DNA of 32,000 nt from Psychrobacter sp. HD31 (GCF_051097895.1 NZ_CP142525.1:2100001-2132000); one strand, 5' to 3'; shown: positions 16,520 through 26,749, counted from the first letter of the stretch. Made by a program: numbers and translations. Notes: a model not told the origin generated them from the letters alone.

Positions 16520-17806
16520 ATGACTCACCAAACAACAAATCTTGAAACATTAGCAATTCATGCAGGCTATAAGCCAGATCCAACAACCAAAGCTTGTGCC
16601 GTGCCAATTTACCACACAAGCTCTTATGCATTTGATGATACGCAGCATGGCGCTGACCTGTTTGACTTAAAAGTAGCTGGCAATATTTACACTCGTATTA
16701 TGAACCCAACAAATGCTGTGTTAGAAGAGCGAGTTGCGGCTATGGAAGGCGGTATCGCCGGTTTGGCACTTGCTTCTGGCATGGCAGCCATTACCTACAC
16801 CATTCAAACATTAGCCGAAGCTGGCGATAACATTGTTTCAGTATCTACTTTGTATGGTGGTAGCTATAATTTATTTGCACATGCGTTGCCACGCCAAGGC
16901 ATTGAAGTACGATTTTTTGACCATACCAAGCCAGAGAGTATTCGTGATTTAATTGATGATAAAACAAAAATGGTATATGCCGAAAGCATTGGCAATCCTT
17001 TAGGTAACATTGTAGATATTGAAGCATTGGCAACCATTGCACATGAATATGGTGTGCCTGTGGTGATTGATAATACGGTTGCAACGCCGGCACTTTGCCG
17101 CCCGATTGATTTTGGCGCTGATATTGTTATTCACTCATTGACTAAATACATGTCAGGTACGGGTACTTCTATTGGCGGTATTATTGTAGATGGTGGCAAG
17201 TTTGATTGGGCAAAACAACCAGAACGTTTCCCGCTATTAAACACGCCAGATGTTAGCTACCATGGAGTTAATTTTGCACAAGATGTGGGTGCCGCTGCCT
17301 TTATTACGCGTGCGAGGGTAGCACCGCTACGTAATACTGGCGCAGCATTAAGCCCATTTAATGCCTTTAGTATTATGCAAGGCATTGAAACATTGGCACT
17401 GCGTATGGAGCGCCATGTGCAAAATGCGCAAGCAGTGGCAGAATATCTGCAAAATCATGAAAAAGTGTCTTGGGTTAAATATGCTGGTTTGGCAGACCAC
17501 CCAGAACATGCGTTGGCTAAAAAATACCATAAAGGCACACCATCAGCCATTTTAAGCTTTGGTGTTAAGGGTGGTCGAGAGTCAGGTGCTAAATTTATTG
17601 ATGCGTTACAGATGATTGTCCGCTTAGTTAATATTGGTGATGCAAAATCACTTGCGTGCCATCCAGCAAGTACAACCCATCGTCAGTTAAATGAAGAAGA
17701 ACTTGCAAAAGCCGGTGTTAGTGAAGATATGGTTCGTTTATCAATTGGTATTGAGCATATTGATGATATTAAAGCAGATTTAGAGCAAGCTTTGGCAAAT
17801 GCCTAA
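16520..17806 (+). CDS. metY: O-acetylhomoserine sulfhydrylase (PLP-dependent Cys/Met metabolism family)
   Basis: The protein is 428 aa. It has the PLP-lysine region HSLTKYMSGTGTSIGG, and the N-terminal TLAIHAGY and C-terminal RLSIGIEHIDDI motifs typical of MetY/MetZ. Confidence 0.9.
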   Translation: MTHQTTNLETLAIHAGYKPDPTTKACAVPIYHTSSYAFDDTQHGADLFDLKVAGNIYTRIMNPTNAVLEERVAAMEGGIAGLALASGMAAITYTIQTLAEAGDNIVSVSTLYGGSYNLFAHALPRQGIEVRFFDHTKPESIRDLIDDKTKMVYAESIGNPLGNIVDIEALATIAHEYGVPVVIDNTVATPALCRPIDFGADIVIHSLTKYMSGTGTSIGGIIVDGGKFDWAKQPERFPLLNTPDVSYHGVNFAQDVGAAAFITRARVAPLRNTGAALSPFNAFSIMQGIETLALRMERHVQNAQAVAEYLQNHEKVSWVKYAGLADHPEHALAKKYHKGTPSAILSFGVKGGRESGAKFIDALQMIVRLVNIGDAKSLACHPASTTHRQLNEEELAKAGVSEDMVRLSIGIEHIDDIKADLEQALANA

Positions 17807-17823
17807 GTTAACTTGTGTGAAAT

Positions 17824-17863
17824 AAAAAAACCCCACGTCGCCAATTGGTAACGTGGGGTTTTA
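17824..17863. terminator. Bidirectional terminator between convergent metY and usp
   Basis: The sequence is AAAAAACCCCACGT-(12 nt)-ACGTGGGGTTTT. Confidence 0.85.
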
Positions 17864-17895
17864 TCAATTTTATCATAGGTTAGGCTTTAGTATCG

Positions 17896-18351
17896 TTAGA
17901 TGTCTAAATGCACCACCAAAACATCGCATTTTATGTTTGGCATAATGTTATTAACCGTTGAGCCATGTAAAAGAGCCGACAAACCATGACGCTCATGACG
18001 ACCAATCACCAATAAGTCTACTTGATGTGCGTCGCAATAGCTAATAATCCCTTCCGTGCTTGAAACGGCCGTTGCAATTTCTGCATTAATGTTTGTATTT
18101 TTAGTGTTAAGTTGGTTTCGGTCTAAAAAATCCACCATTTCTGCTTTCATTTCTTGCCTATTTTCTTCATCAACTTCATTTAATGAAGCGGCAGGGATTA
18201 GTTCATACCCAAAACCAACCACAGTGTCTTGCACAATATGTAAAACTGACAGCTGGCTTGACTCCGAGGTTAATTGTTGCTTTGCTTTTTGGGCAACTAA
18301 ATCCGCATCTTGTTTTAAATCGGTGACTAGTAGTATGTGTTGATATGACAT
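17896..18351 (-). CDS. Universal stress protein (UspA family)
   Basis: MSYQHILLVTDL...VDLLVIGRHERHGL...GSTVNNIMPNIKCDVLVV is the typical Usp fold signature. The ATG at 18351 has an AAGGA RBS, and the ORF-track start at 18399 is probably too long. Confidence 0.85.
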   Translation of the reverse strand: MSYQHILLVTDLKQDADLVAQKAKQQLTSESSQLSVLHIVQDTVVGFGYELIPAASLNEVDEENRQEMKAEMVDFLDRNQLNTKNTNINAEIATAVSSTEGIISYCDAHQVDLLVIGRHERHGLSALLHGSTVNNIMPNIKCDVLVVHLDI

Positions 18352-18558
18352 CGTTTTATTCCTTTTTTGTGGGGTGTATAAAGCGCTGTGTGTAACCATA
18401 TTGTTATATCTTTACTATATGATAGCAAGAATTACAGGGTGTTGAGTAGCTTTTTATGCAGTTAGTTTTAACTATTTTGATTTGTGCCGTGTTATATATT
18501 GCGTGATATCTCTTCGACTCTTTTTTGCACAAAGTGACTACAAAAATACGATAAAAGA

Positions 18559-19314
18559 ATGTTGTGGATGAGCATGGAAAAACCCAAATCGATTAGCGTG
18601 ATAATCATTACCTTAAATGAGTCTAAACGTATTGGTAAGTTGTTAACAGACTTATCTCAGCAGAGTTATCAACATTTTGAAGTGATTGTGTCTGATTCTG
18701 ATAGTGATGACAATACCCGAGAAGTTGCTAACTCGTATCATGATATTTTGCCAGATCTAACTGTGCATAATATGCAAGCCCGTGGCGTGAGTAGGGGGCG
18801 TAATACAGGCGCTAGCTTAGCAAAATATGAGCGACTGTTGTTTTTGGATGCCGATGTGCATTTAGATAAACATTTTTTGTCAAAAGCCATTAAATTTTTA
18901 GATAAAAAAGATCTTGAGGTGGCTGGTGTTTACATGAATGCCAGAAAACTGCCATTGCATTATTGTTTGGGTTATTCTTTATTTAATGTGGGGCTTTTTG
19001 CAACTTCTTACTTTTTTCCTACTGCGGTTGGGGCGTGTGTTTTTTCGACCAAACAGGCGCATGAAAAACTTGGCGGTTTTGATGAAGCAATTACTTTGTG
19101 TGAAGATTGCGACTACGTGAATAGAGCATCAAAAATCAGCAAGTTTCGTTTATTACCATTAACCTTTTCTTTTGATCCACGGCGGTTACAACAAGATGGT
19201 TTCTTGGGTACAGGGTTAATCTATTTAAAAGCAAATATTTATCGCTTTTTTAACGGAGAAATGCGTAACAATGAAATGGACTACCAGTTTAACCATTATA
19301 AAGAAGATAATTAA
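18559..19314 (+). CDS. Family 2 glycosyltransferase
   Basis: ISVIIITLNE...VIVSDSDSDDNT...LLFLDADV is the GT-A fold with a DxD motif. The start is ambiguous among 18559, 18568 and 18574. Confidence 0.75.
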   Translation: MLWMSMEKPKSISVIIITLNESKRIGKLLTDLSQQSYQHFEVIVSDSDSDDNTREVANSYHDILPDLTVHNMQARGVSRGRNTGASLAKYERLLFLDADVHLDKHFLSKAIKFLDKKDLEVAGVYMNARKLPLHYCLGYSLFNVGLFATSYFFPTAVGACVFSTKQAHEKLGGFDEAITLCEDCDYVNRASKISKFRLLPLTFSFDPRRLQQDGFLGTGLIYLKANIYRFFNGEMRNNEMDYQFNHYKEDN

Positions 19315-19354
19315 TAAAGCCGTTAATAAAGGCTATGGCTGGTGTTGATGGGCT

Positions 19355-20002
19355 ATGTCATTTTTACTGTTATTTTTTGGTGCACTACTGGACGCTTTGA
19401 TAGGTGCGAATCTATTTATTATGGGAGAACCGTTTTTATTAGCTGCCGGTTATCAGCTGTATGCGGGTTCTTGGTGGGGCGTGCTGGCGGTTTTTTTGGG
19501 TGGTTTAGTAGGGGATCAAAGTAGCTATTTTATAGGCAGACATTTAGGTAGCAATGCTCAAAACAAATTGATAAATTGGCAACCAAAAACCCGTCGCCCT
19601 ATTGCCCGTTTTCGCCTATTAATGAAAACAAAAGGCAACTATGTACTCATTTTTGCTCGACTACTTGGTCCTGTTGCTTGGGTAGTGCCTTTTTTGGCAG
19701 GCAGCCAAAAGGTCAGTTGGCAACGTTTTACCATCTGTGGCAGTATAGGGCTGTTTTTGGGTGTTGCCCAATGGGTTTTGTGGGGTTATTTGCTAGCAAT
19801 GGGTGTTCAAATGCTGTCTTGGTGGGAGCCAATAAATACCCTGTTACAAACGCATCAAACCAGCATGCTTGTGTTGCTGTTACTGGTTTTATTGTTGTTA
19901 GCCAGCAGGTTTTGGCAAACGCCATGGCTTAAAGTGGCGATGGCAATCTTAACTTTGGTTTTTATACTTTACGTTACTTTTTTATTTGGCTATCTGGTAT
20001 GA
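19355..20002 (+). CDS. DedA/VTT-domain membrane protein
   Basis: It has the DedA signatures GEPFLLAAG and GDQSSYFIGRHLG and multiple TM segments. Confidence 0.7.
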   Translation: MSFLLLFFGALLDALIGANLFIMGEPFLLAAGYQLYAGSWWGVLAVFLGGLVGDQSSYFIGRHLGSNAQNKLINWQPKTRRPIARFRLLMKTKGNYVLIFARLLGPVAWVVPFLAGSQKVSWQRFTICGSIGLFLGVAQWVLWGYLLAMGVQMLSWWEPINTLLQTHQTSMLVLLLLVLLLLASRFWQTPWLKVAMAILTLVFILYVTFLFGYLV

Positions 20003-20105
20003 TTACTTTAGTTTAGCGGACACCTATTTTAGCTAACAATGTGACTTGGGCGATTTGGCTATTTGATGTTTGTGGGTAAACAAAAGATTTTGACAAGAAT
20101 AGGCG

Positions 20106-20555
20106 TCATCTAACGAGTTTATTTAGCCCATCTGCAAATGCTTTTTTATCTTTGTCGGAATAAGGCTTTTGTCCTCCCATTTCAGTTGGGTTGAGCACGC
20201 CTGTGCCACGCATCGTATCCATAAAGTCTCGCATATTTAGGCTTTGTTTTATGTTATCTTTAGTGTAAATCATCCCTTTAAAGCTCATCACTTTTGCCCC
20301 TTCATTAATCCCTTCATCGGCTAAAGGGATGTCATTTGTAATGATTAAATCGCCACGGGTACAGTTTTCTATAATGACGTTGTCTGCTACGTCAAAACCT
20401 TGCGCAACTACTTTCATATTGATAAATGGCGAAGGGGTTAAATGGAGTGCCTGATTGGCAACAAAGGTGGTTTTTGTTTGCGTCCTCATGGCGGTTTTAG
20501 TGATTAACTCGCGTGCAATTTTAGGACAGGCATCGGCATCAACCCATATATGCAT
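20106..20555 (-). CDS. yaiI: YaiI/YqxD family protein (UPF0178)
   Basis: MHIWVDADACPK...GFDVADN...GDLIITNDIPLA...MRDFMDT is collinear with E. coli YaiI. The ATG at 20555 has a GGAG RBS, whereas the track start at 20567 is a TTG overlapping that RBS. Confidence 0.88.
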   Translation of the reverse strand: MHIWVDADACPKIARELITKTAMRTQTKTTFVANQALHLTPSPFINMKVVAQGFDVADNVIIENCTRGDLIITNDIPLADEGINEGAKVMSFKGMIYTKDNIKQSLNMRDFMDTMRGTGVLNPTEMGGQKPYSDKDKKAFADGLNKLVR

Positions 20556-20693
20556 AAGGGACTCCAAATATTAAAATCAGGTTATTCATAGTGGGATAAT
20601 ATCATGATTTTTACTAAAGTCAGTGTGTTAAAATATTAGTTGGGTTTTAATTAGCCTATAATAACAATTAATTAATGAACCAATTAACGCTTT

Positions 20694-22307
20694 ATGAATA
20701 CGTCTTTTAAGTCTGGCATTCACGTCACCGCTGGCATTGCACAAAAATTAAACCCTCAAATGCAGCAGGCAATTAGGCTGCTTGCCATGTCTAGCCTTGA
20801 GTTAGAACAAGAGGTACAGTTACAACTTGATAGCAACCCCTTGCTAGAGAGGATAGAAAGTGATGACTTATTAGACAGGCTAGATGAATTGGATACGTTT
20901 TTAGTTGATGATTTTAGTCAAAACAATCAAACGTTAAACGAAGGTAAGCTTGGTAACAACGATGAAGTAAAAGAGGATGACTTAATAGACAGCTATGATA
21001 GGTTGTCGGATTCCTCATTGCAAAATATTGCCATAGATACAGATTGGGACAATATTTATACACATGGTTCAAATATGTCGTTATCTAGTCATCAACCCAA
21101 CCATGCAATCAATAGCAACGAGCCTGAAAGCTTTCAGGGTAAAACACAAGTCACTATTCAAGACCATGTGCGTTGGCAGCTTAATTTTAAGCATTTATCG
21201 CAAATAGATATGTTAATTGCCGACTATTTGATTGACGCTATGGATGATGGTGGGTTTATTGATATTAACCTAACAGAGTTGCAAGCTAACCTAACAGGCT
21301 TGGTAAGTTTTTATCAATGGGCAGATGCGGTTGGCAAAGACGAAATTGAGGTGGTTTTGCATATCATCCAGTCTTGCGAGCCGACAGGTGTTGGCGCTTG
21401 CAGCTTATCTGAGTGCTTAACATTACAACTTAATCAATTAGACAACAACACTCCAAATATTAACAATGCGTATGAACTGCTGAAACATTCAGAACTGTTA
21501 TTAACTAATGATATTGAATCATTATTAGCTAAGACAGGGCTTAACTCTCATGATATTGAGCCTGCCTTAACGCTTATCCGTACTTTAAACCCAGCACCTG
21601 GCAAAGCATTTATTAATACACAACCAATTTATGTCGATGAACTAGAAAGTTATGATGTTCCGGATGTGTTGGTAACACCGAATGATGAAGTAGATGCAAA
21701 ATTAAGCGAGAAAGCGTCCAATATAAAATGGCGAGTTTGTTTAAATCCTGAAACCTTGCCAAAAGTACGAATTAATCAAGAATACGCCAGCTTGATTAAG
21801 GTAGACGATGACAGTGCAGACAATCAATATTTAAAGCATCACTTAGGTGAAGCAAAACTGTTTATCAACAGTATCGAAGAGCGAAATAACAACTTGCTAA
21901 AAGTTGCCACAGCAATTGTAAAACGTCAGCAACAGTTTTTGGTAGATGGTGCAATTGCGATGCAGCCACTTATTTTAAAAGAGATTGCAGATGAGGTTGG
22001 CTTACATGAATCAACTGTCTCACGCTTAACAACCAGTAAAAGCATTCTAACGCCTCAGGGGTTATATGCTTTAAAGTATTTCTTTTCATCGAGTTTGGCG
22101 AGTAATACAGGTGCGGTATCTGCAACGGCAATTTGTGCAATGATAAAAGAATTAACCTTGCTTGAAGACCCTAAAAAGCCATTATCAGATAATGCGATTG
22201 TACAAAAGTTACACAGACAAGGCGTTAAAATATCACGTCGTACTGTGGCTAAATACCGCGAGTCAATGAATATTGCTCCATCCACTCAGCGTAAACAAAA
22301 ATATTAG
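20694..22307 (+). CDS. rpoN: RNA polymerase sigma-54 factor
   Basis: It has the N-terminal LNPQMQQAIRLLAMSSLELEQEV (region I), an acidic region II, an HTH and the RpoN box ISRRTVAKYRESMNI. Confidence 0.95.
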   Translation: MNTSFKSGIHVTAGIAQKLNPQMQQAIRLLAMSSLELEQEVQLQLDSNPLLERIESDDLLDRLDELDTFLVDDFSQNNQTLNEGKLGNNDEVKEDDLIDSYDRLSDSSLQNIAIDTDWDNIYTHGSNMSLSSHQPNHAINSNEPESFQGKTQVTIQDHVRWQLNFKHLSQIDMLIADYLIDAMDDGGFIDINLTELQANLTGLVSFYQWADAVGKDEIEVVLHIIQSCEPTGVGACSLSECLTLQLNQLDNNTPNINNAYELLKHSELLLTNDIESLLAKTGLNSHDIEPALTLIRTLNPAPGKAFINTQPIYVDELESYDVPDVLVTPNDEVDAKLSEKASNIKWRVCLNPETLPKVRINQEYASLIKVDDDSADNQYLKHHLGEAKLFINSIEERNNNLLKVATAIVKRQQQFLVDGAIAMQPLILKEIADEVGLHESTVSRLTTSKSILTPQGLYALKYFFSSSLASNTGAVSATAICAMIKELTLLEDPKKPLSDNAIVQKLHRQGVKISRRTVAKYRESMNIAPSTQRKQKY

Positions 22308-23416
22308 TTAGCTTGTGTTTCTATCTGTTTTACCACCGCATCTGGTACGCCTCTTGCGCCGCGTATAGAGGTGAGCCCCAGCTGTTTTAACTTAGTGAAA
22401 GTAAATTTTGTTTTATCAAATGTTTTGATGCGTTTTAAGTGCATTCTTTTAATGGGGTTGCCTTTTTTATCAGTTTTGGTAGATGCAATATTGGTTTCTA
22501 TCACTTCGCATTTATATAAAATAGCAGAGTAGGGCTTGCCAAGATACATATAAACGATATCACCGACTATAAAGTTAGCGCCTTGATACCAATACACCAC
22601 CTCTTTTTCTTTAAACACTTTAATAACATCATAATAGTGCGGATTGGCGGGAATTACCCAGTATTTTATTTGAGTGCGGAGTTCCTTCGTTTTTTTGTTG
22701 CGTGAGGGGGCTTTGTTTTTTATCGTTAATTCACGACTTTTGCGCACCAATGCAAACAATTGTGCATCGGTTAAGTGCCCACCAAGTACAATGGTTACCC
22801 AGTGTTTTTTATTCATGTGGTAGGCGGGATAAATGCCTGCTTGTTTGTGCAAGTCGGCAACCAAATCGCTATTAACTTTGATGTTGATGATTTCGACTTT
22901 TTGTTTGGCTTTTTGCGTGTTTAAGGTAGGTTCAAGCGTACTTTTACTAACTTGAGTAACTAGAGCGTACCATTTTTGGTTTTCATTATTACGGAAGACA
23001 CCTGTTTCTTTAGATTTTGTAAAAGGCGCATCAGGTTGTTCATCAAATTTGGCAAGTATCCAGTCTGCCAAGCGGTTGGTTTGTTCATTGGCAAAGCGCG
23101 TGGCAATAAAGCAGTTTTCTACAATGTTAGTAAGCACCGTTTGATAAGCTTTACGTACGCTGCCTACAAACTCGCCTTTAACACTGGCGATACGTACGTT
23201 GATGTATTCTTCATCTTCTAGGGTGTCAATAACTTGGCTACTGGTTTTACCGTTGTGATACACAACGACTTTTACGCTAAAGTCACCGCCAATAATCTCT
23301 TTTGTAAAAGTATATGTATCGCCGTTTTTGACAAATCCATATGGTACGAGTTTGTCAAAATCTGGGCGCTGGCGATTAAAAGTATCAAAATGGATTAGGT
23401 TTGGGATGTTTGCCAC
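22304..23416 (-). CDS. Three-domain protein: an N-terminal domain, an MmcQ/YjbR-family domain and a C-terminal PUA/EVE-like domain
   Basis: The middle region NQKWYALV...IYPAYHMNKKHWVTIVL is the YjbR signature. The C-terminal 120 aa (KYWVIPANPHYYDVIKVF...VGDIVYMYLGKPYSAILYKCEV) resembles EVE/PUA-like modules. The GTG start directly follows the proA stop, with AAGAGG 5 nt upstream. Confidence 0.6.
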   Translation of the reverse strand: MANIPNLIHFDTFNRQRPDFDKLVPYGFVKNGDTYTFTKEIIGGDFSVKVVVYHNGKTSSQVIDTLEDEEYINVRIASVKGEFVGSVRKAYQTVLTNIVENCFIATRFANEQTNRLADWILAKFDEQPDAPFTKSKETGVFRNNENQKWYALVTQVSKSTLEPTLNTQKAKQKVEIINIKVNSDLVADLHKQAGIYPAYHMNKKHWVTIVLGGHLTDAQLFALVRKSRELTIKNKAPSRNKKTKELRTQIKYWVIPANPHYYDVIKVFKEKEVVYWYQGANFIVGDIVYMYLGKPYSAILYKCEVIETNIASTKTDKKGNPIKRMHLKRIKTFDKTKFTFTKLKQLGLTSIRGARGVPDAVVKQIETQAN

Positions 23417-24712
23417 TTAGCCTCTTACCTCACCATGCCCAAATACCACCCATTTTTGTGAGGTTAAGCCCTCTAACCCCACAGGTCCACGGGCATGGAT
23501 TTTATCGGTAGAGATACCAATTTCTGCACCCAAACCATATTCAAAGCCATCTGCAAATCGGCTAGAAGCATTAATCATCACACTTGATGAGTCGACCTCA
23601 CGGATAAATTGCTGAGTACGGGTGTAGTTGTTAGAAATAATCACATCGGTATGTTGGCTACCATGGGCGTTAATATGCACAATGGCATCATCAATACCAT
23701 CAACCAATTTAACCGCAAGTATCGGCGCAAGATATTCGGTATCCCAATCTTCATCAATGGCTTTATCAATATGCCCTTGCAAATTGGTTGATTGCTGTAA
23801 TAGGGGTAAAGATTGCTCACATGCACGCAATTGCATTTGTGTATCCGCTTGTACAATGGCTTCACAAATTGGGGTAAGCAGTGTATCTGCCACAGCTTTA
23901 TCTACCAGTAAGGTTTCCATCGTATTGCAAGTGCCATAACGTTGGGTTTTGGCATTAACCGATATTTTTACGGCGAGTTCTGGATCTGCAAACGCATCAA
24001 TATAAGTATGGCAGTTACCATCAAGGTGTTTAATAACAGGCACACGCGCTTCATCGGTAATGCGTGCAATCAGTCCCTTACCACCGCGAGGGACGATAAC
24101 ATCAACGTACTGACTCATGGTAATTAACTCACCCACAGCGGCACGGTCGGTAGTCGCAATAACCTGTACGGCATTGGCAGGTAAACCGGCATTGGCTAGC
24201 CCCTCATGGATGCACTTGGCAATGGCTTGGTTAGACTCAAAAGCCTCTTTACCACCACGTAGGATGATGGCATTGCCAGATTTGAGAGCGAGGGAGCCTG
24301 CTTCTAAAGTGACATTAGGACGAGACTCATAAATCATACCTACGACACCAAGGGGGACTCGCATCTTACCCAATTGAATGCCAGATGGACGAAAAGTCAT
24401 GTCGCTAATCTCGCCGACTGGGTCAGGCAAGGCAACCACATCTTTTAAACCTTGCAACATGTCATCAAAACGGGCATCGGTTAGCTCTAAGCGGTCAAGT
24501 AAAGCCGTTTCAAGGTCATTATTATGTCCGTTTTTCATATCGAGAGCATTGGCAGACAAAATATCGGACTTATTTGCTAGCAAGGCATCATGAATTGCCA
24601 TCAGCGCTGAATTTTTGTCTTTGGTGCTGGCAGCTGCTAGGATGCGTGAGGCATTGCGAGCTTGTTTGCCGACAGTTTGCATGTAGGTTTTAATGTTTGA
24701 TGCGGTGTCCAT
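23417..24712 (-). CDS. proA: Gamma-glutamyl phosphate reductase
   Basis: The protein is 431 aa in the aldehyde dehydrogenase-like ProA family. It has [38 protein letters not shown] and [22 protein letters not shown]. Confidence 0.95.
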   Translation of the reverse strand: MDTASNIKTYMQTVGKQARNASRILAAASTKDKNSALMAIHDALLANKSDILSANALDMKNGHNNDLETALLDRLELTDARFDDMLQGLKDVVALPDPVGEISDMTFRPSGIQLGKMRVPLGVVGMIYESRPNVTLEAGSLALKSGNAIILRGGKEAFESNQAIAKCIHEGLANAGLPANAVQVIATTDRAAVGELITMSQYVDVIVPRGGKGLIARITDEARVPVIKHLDGNCHTYIDAFADPELAVKISVNAKTQRYGTCNTMETLLVDKAVADTLLTPICEAIVQADTQMQLRACEQSLPLLQQSTNLQGHIDKAIDEDWDTEYLAPILAVKLVDGIDDAIVHINAHGSQHTDVIISNNYTRTQQFIREVDSSSVMINASSRFADGFEYGLGAEIGISTDKIHARGPVGLEGLTSQKWVVFGHGEVRG

Positions 24713-24950
24713 AAAAGAGTCCTTTAACTTGTTAAAAAGTTTCGAATGTTTGTTAACTTATAATAAAATATGGCATTAGTAAAGCCGTACAAGTTTGTAA
24801 ACTTGATAAGTTAAAACAAAAAACTTGCCTTTTCCCCCAGTTTTGGGGGAAAATAACCAGCTATATTTCTCAATTGCTACCAATTATTTTATTGATTCAA
24901 TAATATAGTGATAGCCGTATTACCAATTAGCCAATAGTAAAAAGTATAGT

Positions 24951-25733
24951 ATGAATAAAGAAGATAATCCTCCAGTTGCTCTTAACTTAATCGACATCCA
25001 TAAAAACTATGGTGCTTTAGAGGTTTTAAAAGGGGTGTCTTTAACTGCTCATGATGGTGATGTTATCTCAATTCTTGGTTCATCTGGTTCTGGTAAATCG
25101 ACCCTGTTGCGTTGCATAAACTTGCTAGAAAACCCGTCAGCTGGGCAAATCATCGTTGGGCAAGAAGAACTCACTCTTGTAAAGGCAAAAGATGGCAACT
25201 TAAAAGCAAAAAATCGTAAACAGTTAGATGCAATGCGAGCAAAAATTGGTTTTGTTTTCCAAAGCTTTAATTTGTGGCCACACAAAACGATTTTAGAAAA
25301 CATTATTGAAGGGCCTACCCAAGTTTTAAAAATAAACAAAGCACAAGCCATACAAGAGGCAAAAGATTTGTTAGCAAAGGTTGGGTTGGCAGACAAACAT
25401 AATGCTTATCCTGACAATTTGTCTGGTGGTCAAAAGCAGCGTGTTGCCATTGCCCGTGCGTTAGCAATGAAGCCACAAGTGCTTTTGTTTGATGAACCAA
25501 CCTCCGCGCTTGACCCAGAGCTTGTGAATGAGGTGTTGGCGGTAATGCAAGAGCTTGCCGAAGAAGGCAGAACCATGCTGATTGTTACTCACGAAATGCG
25601 ATTTGCACGTGAGGTTTCTAGCAAAGTGGTGTTTTTACATGAAGGGCGAATAGAAGAAATGGGTACGCCAGAACAAGTGTTTGATCATCCAAAGTCAGAG
25701 CGTGTTAAAGAGTTTATGGCATCGCATAATTAA
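24951..25733 (+). CDS. Polar amino-acid ABC transporter ATP-binding protein (HisP/ArtP-like)
   Basis: It has Walker [10 protein letters not shown], the signature [15 protein letters not shown], Walker [12 protein letters not shown] and the H-loop VTHEM. Confidence 0.92.
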   Translation: MNKEDNPPVALNLIDIHKNYGALEVLKGVSLTAHDGDVISILGSSGSGKSTLLRCINLLENPSAGQIIVGQEELTLVKAKDGNLKAKNRKQLDAMRAKIGFVFQSFNLWPHKTILENIIEGPTQVLKINKAQAIQEAKDLLAKVGLADKHNAYPDNLSGGQKQRVAIARALAMKPQVLLFDEPTSALDPELVNEVLAVMQELAEEGRTMLIVTHEMRFAREVSSKVVFLHEGRIEEMGTPEQVFDHPKSERVKEFMASHN

Positions 25734-25759
25734 TGTTGCGATGAATAAAAGATAATTAA

Positions 25760-25786
25760 AGACTTACTTTGGTAGGTCTTTTTTTA
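25760..25786 (+). terminator. Rho-independent terminator or attenuator after the ATPase gene
   Basis: The sequence is AGACTTAC-TTTG-GTAGGTCT (one G-U pair) followed by TTTTTTT. Confidence 0.7.
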
Positions 25787-25954
25787 TTTTTGACATAAGT
25801 ATTAGAAATGCCAGTTAATTTTGTATAAAAGTGTTTGTTTTTCTCTATTGTGTCAGGTATTATTCAATGAGTAGTGCATACACAAACTTGTTTACACTTT
25901 AATGACAGGAATTGTCATTTTCATTTAATTTTGTTTAAAAAGGAAGATTCTATT

Positions 25955-26749
25955 ATGCCAGCTTTACGCACTTTGACAGCAGCTAGCACGTTACTAGCAT
26001 TATCTATGGGCCTAACGGCTTGTGGTGGCAACAAACCAGCAGAAGAAGCGACAGCAACGAATGAAACCGCAGAAGCATCTGCAGAAGTTGTACGTTTTGC
26101 AACTGAGGGCGCGTACCCTCCGATGAACTTTACCGACAAAGATGGTAATCTTGGTGGTTTTGATGTTGACGTTGCAAATGCACTGTGTGAACAAATGAAA
26201 GCAAACTGTGAGATTGTAGCACAAGATTGGGAAGGTATTATTCCTGGCTTGCAGGCAGAAAAATACGATGCAGTGATTGCAGGTATGTCTATCACTGATG
26301 AGCGTAAGCAAGTTGTCGATTTTACTGACCCATACTTTAGTAGTGGTTTGTTGCTAATTGCTAAAAAAGGTGAAGAAGCAAGTTTTGAAAGTCTAGCTGG
26401 TAAGTCAGTTGGCGCACAAACTGCAACGATTGCTTCTCAATATTTAGAAGAAGAATATCCTGATATTGATGTTAAATTGTATGATACTCAAGAAAACGTT
26501 AACCTTGATTTAATCAATGGTCGTTTGGATGCGGTATTAGTTGACCAGGTTGTTGGTACTGATTGGTTAAGCTCTGAAGATGCTGCTAACTTTGAGCAAA
26601 AAGGTGAAGCGGTTTCAACTGGTAAAGATGACTTTGGTATTGCCACTCGTAAAGATGATGAGTTAACTGGCAAACTAAATACAGCTTTGGCTGACATTAA
26701 GTCTAACGGTAAGTATGATGAGATTTCATCAAAATACTTTAGCAAATAA
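25955..26749 (+). CDS. Basic/polar amino-acid ABC substrate-binding lipoprotein (ArtJ/HisJ family)
   Basis: It has the signal peptide MPALRTLTAASTLLALSMGLTAC-GG (lipobox) and the type-2 periplasmic binding motifs GFDVDVANALC and DAVIAGMSITDERK. The ATG at 25955 has an AAGGAAG RBS, whereas the track start at 25874 is a GTG. Confidence 0.88.
   Translation: MPALRTLTAASTLLALSMGLTACGGNKPAEEATATNETAEASAEVVRFATEGAYPPMNFTDKDGNLGGFDVDVANALCEQMKANCEIVAQDWEGIIPGLQAEKYDAVIAGMSITDERKQVVDFTDPYFSSGLLLIAKKGEEASFESLAGKSVGAQTATIASQYLEEEYPDIDVKLYDTQENVNLDLINGRLDAVLVDQVVGTDWLSSEDAANFEQKGEAVSTGKDDFGIATRKDDELTGKLNTALADIKSNGKYDEISSKYFSK

Noticed and set aside
19576-19932. A 118-aa plus-strand ORF in an alternative frame within the DedA gene
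   Set aside because: It is an out-of-frame overlap with a membrane protein that has DedA signature motifs. Its sequence is Cys/Pro-rich and implausible.
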